A stretch of 64,000 nt of DNA from an uncultured Verrucomicrobiae bacterium (GCA_963788655.1 CAWBHS010000038.1:96001-160000), one strand, 5' to 3'. Shown: positions 21,594 through 32,478, counted from the first letter of the stretch. The notes: a model not told the origin generated them from the sequence alone. Numbers and translations: made by a program.

Positions 21594-22091
21594 ATGACCG
21601 TCGCGCAGGTGATTGGCTTAATGGTGGCACTGTTTATAATGTTCCTCGGTTTGTTGGGCAGCATTTTGCCCGGCTTGCCGAGCACGCCCCTGGTGTGGGT
21701 GGCCGCGTTGGCACACAAGCTCTACTTCGGTGAGGCCAGCGCGGACTGGTGGCTGTTGGCGGTGCTGGGCGGGATCACGTTGCTTTCGCTGGTGGCCGAT
21801 TATCTGGCCAGTGTCTATGGCGCCAAACGGCTGGGAGCCACCTGGCGTGGGGCCACGGGCGCAGTGGTTGGCGGATTGATCGGCATGTTCTTCCACCTGC
21901 CCGGCATCCTGTTGGGGCCGTTCATTGGCGCCATGACGTTCGAAATGGTGGCGGGCCGGAACCTCAAAGAATCCAGCAAAGCCGGTTTCGGCGCCACGCT
22001 GGGCCTGCTCGCGGGAGCCCTGGGTAAGATTGCTTGTTGCGTCGCCATGATGGGGGCCTTCACGTTCGACGTGCTTTACCGGTCGTTGTAA
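21594..22091 (+). CDS. DUF456-family membrane protein
   Basis: GLLGSILPGLPSTPL...GAKRLGATWRG...GPFIGA pattern. Confidence 0.85.
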   Translation: MTVAQVIGLMVALFIMFLGLLGSILPGLPSTPLVWVAALAHKLYFGEASADWWLLAVLGGITLLSLVADYLASVYGAKRLGATWRGATGAVVGGLIGMFFHLPGILLGPFIGAMTFEMVAGRNLKESSKAGFGATLGLLAGALGKIACCVAMMGAFTFDVLYRSL

Positions 22092-22310
22092 TGGCCGTTC
22101 GTGTCGTCCCGCTAGCTTGGCGCGCCGACATTTTGGTCGGCTCGAACGTTGGCGAGCAATTCGCGGTTTGGTACTGGCTTTCTAAATTGAAATCGCTGTG
22201 TCTGCGCAGGCTTGGGGCCGGGATCGACCTTCAACCCTGGATCAGCACTTCCAGCAGGTAACGCAATTCTTCCGGTACCTGCGCAGGACCGTTCACGGTC
22301 TGCGTTATCT

Positions 22311-22900
22311 CGGCCTTTGGTGTCGAGGAGGATGTTTTCCGGCTTGATGTCGCGGTGGAGGATGCCTTCGTCGTGGGCGAACTGAAGGGCTTCACAAATC
22401 TTCGGCACCAGCGCCAGCGCCTGGGCCGGCGTGAACCGTCCGGCGTGCATGGCTTGGCGCAGATTCACGCCGTCCACAAATTCCATTAACAGATAAAAGA
22501 ATCCGCCGGCCTGGCCGAAGTCGTGGACGGTCACAATGTTGGGATGGTTGAGCCGCGCCAGCACGCGGGCCTCGCGGGTGAACCGCTCGGCAAACGTGCG
22601 GTCCGCCGCGAGCGACGGTGACAGCAGTTTGAGCGCGACCAACCGATCCAACTTGGGTTGGCGGGCTTTGAACACCACGCCCATGCCGCCATGGCCGATG
22701 AGTTCCAGGATTTCGAACTGGGGAAAGGCCGCGGCGACTTGCTCCACGGTGGGAAGGTCCGGCGACGGAGCCGCAGGTTCCGTGTCGTTGGACGCCGCCA
22801 CCGCCGCCAGCAGGCATTTGGCGCACAGGCCCTGCGGCGCGTCGGCGGGCAACGGCGCCTGGCACTTGGGACAGCGATTCTGGATCATTTCAGTTTTCAT
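22311..22900 (-). pseudogene. Ser/Thr protein kinase, truncated after the catalytic loop
   Basis: Cys-pair N-terminus, IGHGGMGVV, VALK, HRDIKPEN; stops at DTKGR before the DFG motif. Confidence 0.85.
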
Positions 22901-22984
22901 ACCTGCCAATTTCCTGAGGAAAATCCCGTCGCAGGTTACCAAGAAATTTCAAAACAAGCTTCCGGATCGACAGTCCGCCGCCAG

Positions 22985-23065
22985 GTCTTGGAGTGCGGCA
23001 GCCCTCTGCCGCTTTCGAACGCACTGGCCCGTCGAAAGCGGCAGAGGACTGCCGCACTCCAAGAC
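22985..23065. repeat. REP-like inverted-repeat pair
   Basis: GTCTTGGAGTGCGGCAGCCCTCTGCCGCTTTCGA and near-inverse at 23032-23065; a half copy at 50664-50691. Confidence 0.85.
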
Positions 23066-23166
23066 GCTGCCGCGTTTGTGGCTACCCCGTAAAACGTCAA
23101 CAACCTTCGACAGAGTTAGGTTCATCACCGATGTGTCCGCGACCTGAGCAGTTCCATGCCGGGCGG

Positions 23167-25701
23167 CTATTTCAACTTTCGATACAGGATCACGGTCGAG
23201 CCGGGCTGGGTTTTCAGCGTGACGGTCAAACCTTCCATCAGTTCCTGGCCCGTCATCGTCTTCGGCGCATCGGCATCGAGATCCGTGAGTTCATACTTGG
23301 CGGCCGGATCAAGACCCTTGAGGTGCAACCCCAACGTTGGCGAGCCGTTCTTTTCCCGACGAAAGGCCTGGACCACGCCTCCGTCCAATTCCGGCCGGTC
23401 GAACTGCCAGGCAATCCAGTCGCTAGGCTGAATGCTGTAGGGCGTGAGCGGATAATAATCGCCCAGCATGAACGGGGCGACTTTGCGGCATTCGTCGTAG
23501 GCGCGCCTGGTGTCCGCGTTGGAACCACCGTAGCCGCCACACGGCATGATGTAACTGCGCGCGCTGTAGCGATCGGTGAAGGCGCAGCCGGAACCGTAAT
23601 ACGGAATCCAACTTGAAATACCGTAGGTGTGGCCCTGGTTCGGCATCGTGGCTTGGTGGCCGAATTGGAAATCACTGCGCAGAAGCGGGACGGCACGCCG
23701 CAAGGTTTCCAAATCATTCCGGCGACCGCCGGACGAACACGAATCAATCAGCAGGCCGGGATGACGCCGGCGCAATTCGTCCCAAAAGGCGAGGTAACCC
23801 ATGACGTGTTTGATCTCGGTCATGCCGCGTCGGTTGACGGCATCGTGCCCGCGCCAATTGCCCAACGGTTCCATGTTGAAATCCTGGCGATAGTAATCAA
23901 TGCCTTGTTCGCGAAGCATCGTGTCGATGTGCTCGACCAACCATTTCTGCGCGTCCGGATTGCCCAGGTTCAATAGGTTGCCGCCGATGATCCAATCGGG
24001 ATGATGCTTGGCCAGCCAACTGTCCCGATCGCCGACGCGCTCCGGTTCGAACCACACGATAAACTTCTTGCCCTGCTGGTGAATCCAATCGCTGAACGGC
24101 CGAAAGCCTTGCGGGTAGCGTTCGCGATCAATCTCCCAGGTCCCGGTGTTCGGCCAACTCCCTTTGCACGGATACCACCCGGCATCACGCCAGCACAAAT
24201 CGAAGTCAATTCCCGCGCGGTTGAACTCTTTGACCGTGTCGAACAGATCCTGTTCGCCACCCTTCTCGAACGTTCGATAACACTGCATCTGCAACATCGT
24301 GGGCGGCACCTTGCCATCCAACCGCGGGCTGTTGTGCGCCAGAAACCACCGGCGCCACAAGTTCTGCGCCCGCACAACGTCGCTGCCCTCCCAAAACAGC
24401 AGGGCGATCAGTGGCGTGCGGATTTCCTCGCCGGGCTTCAGAACCAAGTGCGTCAGTTGCTGGCCGGCCACCGTTCGCAGGCTGCGTGATGGGTCGCGCC
24501 GGAAGGACGTTGCCCATTCCCCGGGCCAGCCCACGGCTAGAATCACTCCACCGCCCGGCATCTGGAGGTTGTAGTAAGGCCAGCCCTTCGGGCCATTGGT
24601 GGGACGGCCACCATCGGGGGCAAAGCGTTGGACGGCATTGGGACCGAGCGTGACTTGATACGGTTCATAACTCTGCGGCGCGCACCAATCGCCTTTGTTG
24701 CCGTGGAGTACAAATTCGCCATCCGCACTCCGTTCGAATCGGACGTCCAGCGCCTGGATGTTCTCCAGGATTGGCGTGTCCGCTTGGCCCGTGTTCTTGA
24801 GATAAACGGTCCATTCAACGGCGGGAAAATCCGTGTATTCCACCGCGACGCAGCGCACCTCCAGCCCGGTGCGGGGATCGGTCCAGGTGAACGTGCGTTG
24901 CGTGCGGACATCGTCGAGTTTTTGGGTGTTGGTTTTCATCGGCCACGTGGCCAGCAGGTCGTCGGAAGATTGGCCGCCATAGACGAACGAGATCGGCAAT
25001 TCGCTGGTACGTCGAATTGGTTCCTTGGCCGCATCCGCCCGGTGATCGCGCAGGGGCATGTCGCCCACCCACAGTTCGCGTCCGTCGGCCAACGTCACCT
25101 TGGTGTCGGCCCAATCGGATTGATCCCAGCCGATCCCGTCGCCCGCATCGCTGATTTCCAGCGTGAACGAATTCGCGCCGCCCAAATCCACATCGACATT
25201 GCGCGCGGGGGTACCGTAACGCATGACTTCTGACCGGAAGGCCACCTGATCTTTGACGGTGACCGAGAACACCACGCTGCCCTTGCCGTGGGCGGTGTCG
25301 TCATTGTGATCCAAACCGACGACGGACGTGAAGCGTTTGCCGGGACCGGGCAAATGCACGACGACTTTGCTCACCGCGTGGCAATACAAGCCACGGCTAT
25401 ATTCCTTGTCCCCGATCTTCAGCGGATACTCGCCCCGGGCATTCGGGATCACCGCATCGTTGTTGGCAAACACATCCAGCCCCGGCTCGGGCGGCGACGG
25501 CGCCACCGCCACAGGTTGCTTCGGTGGCGGCGTCAACTTGCACTCGAGCCAATGCTCCTTGAGCCAACGCTGCATCGTCTGAATTTCCGGTTCGGTGACT
25601 TTGATTTCGCGGGCTTGCGAGAGGTTGCCCGTCACCACCAATGCGCCCAGCAACAACACCACTTGCTGGATCACGAACCGAGACGAATGGGAAAGATTCA
25701 T
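23167..25701 (-). CDS. Alpha-galactosidase (GH36) with N-terminal NPCBM/NEW2 domain
   Basis: Signal peptide; NPCBM pattern (LKIGDKEYSRGL...GDGIGWDQSDWAD); GH36 motifs DAGWY, WFEPERV, YRQDFN, IDSCSSGGRRND. Confidence 0.88.
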   Translation of the reverse strand: MNLSHSSRFVIQQVVLLLGALVVTGNLSQAREIKVTEPEIQTMQRWLKEHWLECKLTPPPKQPVAVAPSPPEPGLDVFANNDAVIPNARGEYPLKIGDKEYSRGLYCHAVSKVVVHLPGPGKRFTSVVGLDHNDDTAHGKGSVVFSVTVKDQVAFRSEVMRYGTPARNVDVDLGGANSFTLEISDAGDGIGWDQSDWADTKVTLADGRELWVGDMPLRDHRADAAKEPIRRTSELPISFVYGGQSSDDLLATWPMKTNTQKLDDVRTQRTFTWTDPRTGLEVRCVAVEYTDFPAVEWTVYLKNTGQADTPILENIQALDVRFERSADGEFVLHGNKGDWCAPQSYEPYQVTLGPNAVQRFAPDGGRPTNGPKGWPYYNLQMPGGGVILAVGWPGEWATSFRRDPSRSLRTVAGQQLTHLVLKPGEEIRTPLIALLFWEGSDVVRAQNLWRRWFLAHNSPRLDGKVPPTMLQMQCYRTFEKGGEQDLFDTVKEFNRAGIDFDLCWRDAGWYPCKGSWPNTGTWEIDRERYPQGFRPFSDWIHQQGKKFIVWFEPERVGDRDSWLAKHHPDWIIGGNLLNLGNPDAQKWLVEHIDTMLREQGIDYYRQDFNMEPLGNWRGHDAVNRRGMTEIKHVMGYLAFWDELRRRHPGLLIDSCSSGGRRNDLETLRRAVPLLRSDFQFGHQATMPNQGHTYGISSWIPYYGSGCAFTDRYSARSYIMPCGGYGGSNADTRRAYDECRKVAPFMLGDYYPLTPYSIQPSDWIAWQFDRPELDGGVVQAFRREKNGSPTLGLHLKGLDPAAKYELTDLDADAPKTMTGQELMEGLTVTLKTQPGSTVILYRKLK

Positions 25702-25812
25702 ATCCGCGTTTTTCCACCGAACCCCCTTCGCCGTCAAGGCAATCCCAATCACCTCTCTGCCAGCCCCGTGCCGCCTGCGTAACGAAATGACGTGAGCGCC
25801 GTCTATAGAGGC

Positions 25813-26259
25813 ATGATGTTGTCCCGGAATCAACGGAGCCAAGCCGGTCTTACGTTGACCGAACTGCTATGCACGATGGCCATTATCATGGTGCTGGCGG
25901 GCTTGTTGCTGGGTCCCGCCAGTCGTGTGCTCCGGCGGGTGCGGGCGGACGAATGGGGTGAAAAATCGGCGACTCGCCTGCAAACCACCGTGGAACAACT
26001 CAAGCACCATTTCGAGGGCCAGCAGAATTTTCCGTTGGTCACCTTGAAGAAGATCGAAGCCAATCACTGGGTCAACGCATTGGAATTGGATTTTCTCAAG
26101 GACCGGCGCGTCACGTTTATCCCCTTCGCGGATTCCGATCCGGACGAGAAGACCGTCATCCAAGTCATCGTGGATCGCGGGTATTGGACGGAGGCCGGCC
26201 TGCGCCTCGTCGCGAAAGGAGACATCACCGGATGGCCGGAATCCAGCAATCCGGATTAG
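25813..26259 (+). CDS. Prepilin-type N-terminal cleavage/methylation domain protein
   Basis: AG-LTLTELLCTMAIIMVLAGLLL type IV pilin-like leader. Confidence 0.8.
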   Translation: MMLSRNQRSQAGLTLTELLCTMAIIMVLAGLLLGPASRVLRRVRADEWGEKSATRLQTTVEQLKHHFEGQQNFPLVTLKKIEANHWVNALELDFLKDRRVTFIPFADSDPDEKTVIQVIVDRGYWTEAGLRLVAKGDITGWPESSNPD

Positions 26260-26650
26260 GGATCAATTTGGGGGCATCACTCTTGACACAACCACGGCCG
26301 CGCCGCTCGCGATGTTTGGCAGTAACTGCTCAAATGGGTTCCCTCAACAGACTCAAAGCTGTCGTCCCCCCGCCAATCTTCCGCGCCAACCACCAGTTGC
26401 TGCATCTCGAAGTTGTTGGTAGGTCTTGCGCCCGGTAGGGGCTCGATGGCGTTGTAGCCGCGTGCCCCCACGCGGCGGGTGGCCCAGTCTGCGGATGCAG
26501 CAAACCAAAGAGAGAGAGTTCACACCGGGACCGACTCACAAACGACTCCGACCTTTCATGCGGAACATGAATTGCCAAGTGACAACCTTGTGGGGAACTG
26601 GACAACACGGCATCGCCTACGGTCATGAGTTTCGGAGTTATTGCCTGAAA

Positions 26651-27871
26651 GTTTCATTAAATACTTTACACATCACGAAGGCCCGAGATCGAACTTTTTC
26701 CAGCGATGCACCACCGGAGCCGCATTGATTTCCGCGATGCCGCGCAGAATTCTCTCCTTGAGTTCGGCCTTGGATTGCACCCGGATTTGCTTCAAGAACG
26801 TGTGCGCCATCTTGCCAAAGAGCGTTTCGACCAGATTGAGCCAGGAACCGTGCTTGGGCGTGTGAACATAACTGAAGCGGTTGGGTCGCGTTGCCAAGTA
26901 AGCGCGCGTCTCCTTGGAGATGTGAGCCGAGTGGTTATCCAGAATAATCCGTATCGTCACCCCAGCCGGATAATAGGCGTCCAGGTCTTTGAGCAGCGCG
27001 ACGAATTCCCGGCTGCGATGGCGCTCCTCGACCCGCGCCACAACGTGCCCGTCATGCAAATCCAGCGAGGCCAGGATCGAAAGGGTTCCGTGCCGTTTGT
27101 ATTCATGGTCGCGGCTGACGGTGGGGTGTTTCTCCGGCACGGGCGGCAAATCAGGCGCCGTATTGGCAAGGGCCTGCACTCCCGGCTTTTCATCAATGGA
27201 CACCGTGATGACGCTGGGCGCCACGCTCGCGGGTGCCGCCGCCGCTTGGTTCTGCACCGCCACCTCTTGGTAAACCATGAGCACTTCCTTCATCTTAAGC
27301 TCAAATTCCGGATCCCGTCGTTCCAGGTAATACTTCACTTTATGCGGTTGCAGGTGCTGCTCGTCCAGAATCCTTTGCACGGTGGCCTTGGCCGCCTGCG
27401 CCAGGCTGGGGTGGCCTGCGGCTTGCGCCTGCTGGCGCACATGAACCGCCAGCGATTGGCGCGTCCACAGTTCTGCTGCATAGCCAAGTTCCTTAGGCTT
27501 CGTGCAAGCCAAGTGGACCACCCAGACTTTGTCGGCGCTGGTAATAACCGGTTCCTTAGGACGATGAAAAGCGTCTTTGAGCCCGGCTTCGATTCCCATC
27601 TCCAGGGCCTTGTGCAGGCAGTGATAAATGGTGACTCGGCTGATCCCAAGGGCTCTTTGAATCGCCGAAGGGTTGTTGCCTGCGCGGTATTGCAAAAGAA
27701 TCCGCGCCCGTTCAACCTCACGCACCGGCGCGGCACGCGAAGCCTGCAGAGTTTCCAGTCGCTTTTCCTCCTCCGGGCTGAGGACCAAAGCTGGGAGCTT
27801 GGATTTTCCGGCCATGCCCCCGACGGTAGCAGGTCAGGCAGAGTCTGTAAACCTTTTAATGAAACGATGTA
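26651..27871 (-). mobile_element. IS630-family insertion sequence
   Basis: Intact transposase; imperfect terminal IRs GTTTCATTAAA...TTTACA (26651-26670) vs TGTAAA...TTTAATGAAAC (27846-27865); TA at right junction. Confidence 0.88.
26673..27815 (-). CDS. IS630-family transposase
   Basis: HTH N-terminus; DDE motifs SIDEKP, ILDNHSAH, SWLNLVE; HEYKRHGT. Confidence 0.95.
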   Translation of the reverse strand: MAGKSKLPALVLSPEEEKRLETLQASRAAPVREVERARILLQYRAGNNPSAIQRALGISRVTIYHCLHKALEMGIEAGLKDAFHRPKEPVITSADKVWVVHLACTKPKELGYAAELWTRQSLAVHVRQQAQAAGHPSLAQAAKATVQRILDEQHLQPHKVKYYLERRDPEFELKMKEVLMVYQEVAVQNQAAAAPASVAPSVITVSIDEKPGVQALANTAPDLPPVPEKHPTVSRDHEYKRHGTLSILASLDLHDGHVVARVEERHRSREFVALLKDLDAYYPAGVTIRIILDNHSAHISKETRAYLATRPNRFSYVHTPKHGSWLNLVETLFGKMAHTFLKQIRVQSKAELKERILRGIAEINAAPVVHRWKKFDLGPS

Positions 27872-28269
27872 TAGTGGTCCGGCCCAAAGCGCGCTCCGCT
27901 TCGGTGGAGTCGCTAATGTTCGCATTACAGAAAGGCATGTGCCGCGTGCTTGAACTCGACCCGTCCGATGTTGGCGTTTCACGCCGCTGGCTGAATCAAC
28001 GAACCGACCCAAGTGCCGGAGTTGAAATTATTCTTTATGACCGCACGCCCGGTGGCGCGGGGTTTGTCGAGGAAGGAAAAGATCGCTGGACCGCGGTTCT
28101 TGCCGCAGCGATTGATATTTGCCAGACCACGCCAAAGCACGTTTGCGAGATGGCATGCTACGATTGCTTGAAAGACTTCGGCAACCAGTCCTACCACGAC
28201 AAATTGGACCGGCAGTCGGTGTTGCGATTCTTTGGCGTTGGTTCCTGATCAGACGCGCTCTACACCTGA

Positions 28270-28945
28270 CGGCCGGATTTGGTCGGCTTCGTCAATAGTC
28301 TGCCGCTGGTGGTCATCGAGTTGAAGAAGCCCGGCGTGCCCGCGCGCGCGGCGTTCGACGAGAACCTGACGCCACTACAAGCAGCGAACTCTCGGCGTTG
28401 TTCTGGTTCAACGCGCTGCTCATCGCCTCGACCACGGACAGTCGCGTCGGCTCGCTCACGGCGGATTGGGAGCGGTTCTTCGGACCGACTGGAAACGCAT
28501 CGAGCGCGAGGACGAGCCGCACCGGGTGTCGATTGGAGGTGATGCATGCCGGGACGTCGATGGTGCCACATCCGGAAGGATCGCGCCTGCTCGACCTGGT
28601 GGAGAATTTCACGCTGTTCTCGGAGCACAAGCCGGGCTGGGTGAAAATCATCGGGCAGAATCACCAGTACCTTGGCGTGAACAACGCCATCGCCTCGGCG
28701 TGCTACAGGAAATGGTGAACGCCCGTCCGCATCACGGTCCGATTCCGCGAACCCAACGGCGTGGGTGTCTTCTGGCAATCCCAAGGTTCGGGGAAATCCT
28801 ATTTGATGGTGTTCTTCGCGCAGAAGGTGCTGCGCAAGGTGGCGGGCAACTGGACGTTTGTAGTCGTGAACGATCGCGTTGAGCTGGACGACCAGATCGC
28901 CATGACCTTCGAGGCGCTCACCGCGACGCTGAAGCGTGGACAGCG
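28270..28945 (+). pseudogene. hsdR: Type I restriction endonuclease R subunit internal fragment
   Basis: RPDLVGFVNSLPLVVIELK, LDLVENFTLF, HQYLGVNNAI, Walker A QGSGKS, VVVNDRVELDDQI spread over several frames; both ends missing. Confidence 0.85.
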
Positions 28946-28981
28946 ACGTTGTATCGAGCAACCTGCTATATCGATGTTCTG

Positions 28982-29797
28982 TCAATGGGCCGGCGCCATC
29001 GTTTTGATCCACCACTGAATCAGCTCGATTTCGGCGCGCGTGGGCTGGGGCTTGCCTTCGGGGGGCATGTGGTCATCGTCGCTCAACGGGAGCAGCAAGC
29101 GTTGAATGATATGGCTGTCGCTGGCCTGGCCCGCCACAAAGATGGGGCCGCTGCTTCCTCCTTTCCCCACCGCCTCCCAACTATCCAGCCGCAGGCCGCT
29201 TTTGTGTTTCTCCGCGCCATGGCAGGCGGAGCACCGGTCCTTCAAGATGGGTTGCACCAGTTCGTTAAACACCTGCCGTGACATCGAGTCGGAATTGCCA
29301 GCTTCCGTGGTGGCCGGAAGAGTTTCGCCCCCAATCCATCGGCGCAACGGCGCGGGCGCAAAGCGGACAAGAAAGTCGCGACCGTGAGTAATCGAGCCGC
29401 CCAGGTGACTGGCCACCACCAGCAGACCCAGAGCCCCGGCCAGCGAGAGTTGGTAGGCCCGCGCTCGGTGGCCAAGGCTCAGCAGCCACGTGGTCGTGCA
29501 GACGCCGGCGAAGGCGAGGCCGGTCCACTTGTGCCAGCGCAAGAGTTCGGCATCGTAACCGCCCGATTGCGAGAGCAGCCAACCACCGGCCGCGGCAGTC
29601 AGGGAACTCAGCGCCACCACACCCAGGAGCAATTGCCGGTTCTGTGCCGCTCGTTGAAAATGTGAAAACCTCGCCAGCACTTCCAGCAGGCCCACCAGGA
29701 TCAGTCCACCAATTGGCAAATGGACCAACAACGGATGAAAGCGGCCGAGGAAGAGAATCAAATCATGGCCCGTTTCCGTCATAACGAATACCTGCAT
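28982..29797 (-). CDS. DUF2231-like membrane domain fused to Planctomycete-type cytochrome c
   Basis: GRFHPLLVHLPIG, ~4 TM helices with conserved His, HLGGSITHG; then VQPILKDRCSACHG...HMPPEGK...WWI. Possibly C-terminally clipped. Confidence 0.85.
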   Translation of the reverse strand: MQVFVMTETGHDLILFLGRFHPLLVHLPIGGLILVGLLEVLARFSHFQRAAQNRQLLLGVVALSSLTAAAGGWLLSQSGGYDAELLRWHKWTGLAFAGVCTTTWLLSLGHRARAYQLSLAGALGLLVVASHLGGSITHGRDFLVRFAPAPLRRWIGGETLPATTEAGNSDSMSRQVFNELVQPILKDRCSACHGAEKHKSGLRLDSWEAVGKGGSSGPIFVAGQASDSHIIQRLLLPLSDDDHMPPEGKPQPTRAEIELIQWWIKTMAPAH

Positions 29798-29810
29798 TCA
29801 ACGGCTTCCT

Positions 29811-32475
29811 CTATGGCCACGTCCAATTCAACGTCGCAAACACCGCGTGTGCGGTGTAATCGCGGAAACTGCCGCTGGTCGGCTCGCGGTAGTCGAAGTA
29901 GCCGTAACGCAATCCGACGGTGGCGTTCTGATTGAGCCGCCGGGTGAAGCCGGTCTGAAGGGTGTGCATCTCGAAATCAATGCCCACCGGCAAACCAGCA
30001 GCGATGTTATCCTGTCCGTAGGACGCCCGCGAAAAGGAATACGCGGCGGTCCAATCCGTCGTCCGGTTCAGTAAGAACGTGCCGCTGGCGATCACGCTGT
30101 AAACGTCGCCGCGGTATGGCACCACGGAAGGGAGTTCATTCTGGGCGGTGGCGGTGCGTGAATCACGGTAGGAAAACGTGGTGGAAAGGTAAAGCTGGCG
30201 CCAGGGGGTGAGGACGAAGTTCGCGCTATAGATGTTGGCGTCGTAATTGCCGGCGAAAACGGTCCCGCCCGGCGAGGCCAGTCCGCCAAACGCGCTGTCG
30301 GTGTCCGTATGATAATCGGAAGCCGAAAGCTGGTAACTCAGACTTGTTTTCAGCCAGCGGGCGGGGCGCAACACCAGCTTGGCTGCCACTTCGTCGGACT
30401 CGATTTGGCGGGAACGAATAAAGGCGGAGTAACCTTCGTTTGGTCCTTCGAAGGGTTGCCCCACAAAGGCCAGATCCCGGAGATGGTCGTAATCGCTGGC
30501 CTTGTTGCGATGACGATATTGCACGTTCAAAGAAACCCGCGCCCAGGGCGATACGGAGAAGCCGGCTCGGTAATCCTTCAAGTCGCCGGTGGCATCGGTA
30601 TCGCGCAGGAAATCATGATGGCCGCCTTGCTGTTGTTCGAACTGCCCGTAGCTTTCCTGCTGGAACCGCGTTTCCGCGAACAGGACGGTGAAGGGGATTC
30701 GCGTGTAGCGCAGCGCAAAGCGTTCATCGGACGCGAAGCGGTCCAGGTTTGCGCTTAGCAGGATGTTGTTCTCGGGAAAGCCGGTTGGCTGCTGTTCCTC
30801 GAGATTGGCGTGGCCCAGTCCTTCCTGGTGCATCCATTGATGCTGCAGGCTGGCGGTGAAGGCCAAACCTTTCCACGGCCCCAGCATCGCATTGTAGTTG
30901 AAGACGTGCGTTTGCTGCTCCAACACAATGGCGTTGGCGGTCCAAAAACTGTCATCGGACGAAAAGCCCGTGGTGGCCGTGGGGGTGAGCAAAGTGGTCA
31001 CATTCAGCGTCGGCGGTGCCGTCAAGCCGGCTGTAAAGGTAGCCGCCGGAAAGCAGCAGCCAGTTCTTTACTTGTTTCTCCAACCGGAACGTATTGGCCG
31101 CTTGGAAATGATCATACCCGTCTTGGGCCAATAGGTAGCGGTCAAGATTCCCGTCGTCGGTGTTATAGAACGCCGTGTTGTTCCGTCGCGTTTTTACGTC
31201 GTAGAACTCGACGCGAAAGTTGTCTTCCAAACTGATCCCCTTAAGGTCATGGCTCACGTCCAACTTCAGAATGTGATTTCGCTCCTCCATGTCCTTCGCG
31301 GCGGGATAGATGTTCTTCACGTCGGTTCCGAAAACATGCGCTGGGATGGTCCCCACCGGCCCCCACTGCAACGTGGACTTGGTGCCATCTTTATACTGGT
31401 ATTCGTAACCCAACACCACCCGTGGCCAGTGCGGCAAGGTCAGCCCAACGTCCGCCCAGGCGCGACCGATGTCCAGGCCCGGCGCGCGGTCCAGCGTGAA
31501 GGCTGAGGGAACAAGCAACGGATCATAGCCGCCGGTATCGTCGAAATACTTCCGATACTGAGTGAAACCAAAACGTACGAAGCCGAGTTCGGACTTCTTA
31601 ATGTCGAGCCTCAGCTTGTAGTCATCGCGCAAGGCGTGACCATCGAGGCGCACGTTGACGCCGTTGGTGAAGTGTTGCTGGAACTGAAACGCTTCCGCCC
31701 CACCGTTCCAACCGCGCGGCACCCAGTGATGCTCCTCGAACGCCTGGGCATTGCCATGAACTCCGATCCAACCCGCCGTGGGTTTGATCGACAACACCGC
31801 CTGGGTCATCTCGCCGCCTGTTTCCCAGGGCACCCCTTGATCAATCCAGGCGCGGAGCAAACCGATCTGCTCTGGAGTCAATGGGGCGCCCTTACCCGGC
31901 GGCGGCATTTCCATGTCCTCCACCAACCGACTCACGTAATGAATGAGCGGGCTCTTCGCGCTGTCACCGGGAAGGATGTCCACACCGTTGGCGCCGCCTT
32001 TCAAGGCGGCCGCGCGCGTCGCCAGGCTGAAGTGGCTCTTGGGTCGCTCGGGGCCGTGACAGCGGAAACAGGTGCTCTCGAAAATCGGTTTGATGTCGCG
32101 GGCAAAGTCCACCTGGAGCTTGGCCGGCGGCGGCAGTTTCGCAATGTCCACCGGTTCAGCCGCCCATGTGGACGACACGCTGGCCATCGCCACGAAAGCT
32201 TGAAGCCAGAAGCCCGCCAACAGTCCAGCAGGACAGGCGTCCCGCCTGTCTCGATCACAAAACAACCTAGGACTTGCGATGGGGAGCCAATATTTTGTCA
32301 GGAGCACCAAAAGCTGAAGAAAGCCCTCGGCTATTCGAGGCAGGCGAGACGCCTGTCCCACCAGCTCGTAGCAGCCGACGTGAGGAGGCTCAAATTTCTT
32401 GCGAAGACGAAATTGCTCCAAGTAGAAATGAGCCTCCCCACGTCGGCTACTACGAGGTTTCAGGCAAGTTTTCAT
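29811..32475 (-). CDS. Outer-membrane beta-barrel (MtrB/PioB-like porin) with N-terminal Planctomycete-type cytochrome c domain (frameshift near 31010)
   Basis: VDFARDIKPIFESTCFRCHG...MPP...WIDQG heme domain, then ~680 aa of alternating aromatic/hydrophobic beta-strands ending HAVFATLNWTWP; starts 3 bp after a multiheme cytochrome gene. Confidence 0.75.
32228..32456. repeat. Two REP-like inverted-repeat pairs inside the 5' end of the porin ORF
   Basis: GCAGGACAGGCGTCCCGCCTGTC (32228) / GGCAGGCGAGACGCCTGTCCCAC (to 32361), same family as 14281; CTCGTAGCAGCCGACGTGAGGAGGCTCA (32365-32392) / inverse 32429-32456. Confidence 0.85.
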
Positions 32476-32478
32476 CGG

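Larger units (their letters stand above)
26495..28248 (+). pseudogene. 3' remnant of a DUF1998 (MrfA-like Zn-binding)-domain helicase, interrupted by IS630
   Basis: Left flank ends IAYGHEFRSYCL (26647); right flank resumes in frame at 27871 with IVVRPK...ILYDRTPGGAGFV...C..CEMACYDCLKDFGNQSYHDKLDR. Confidence 0.8.
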
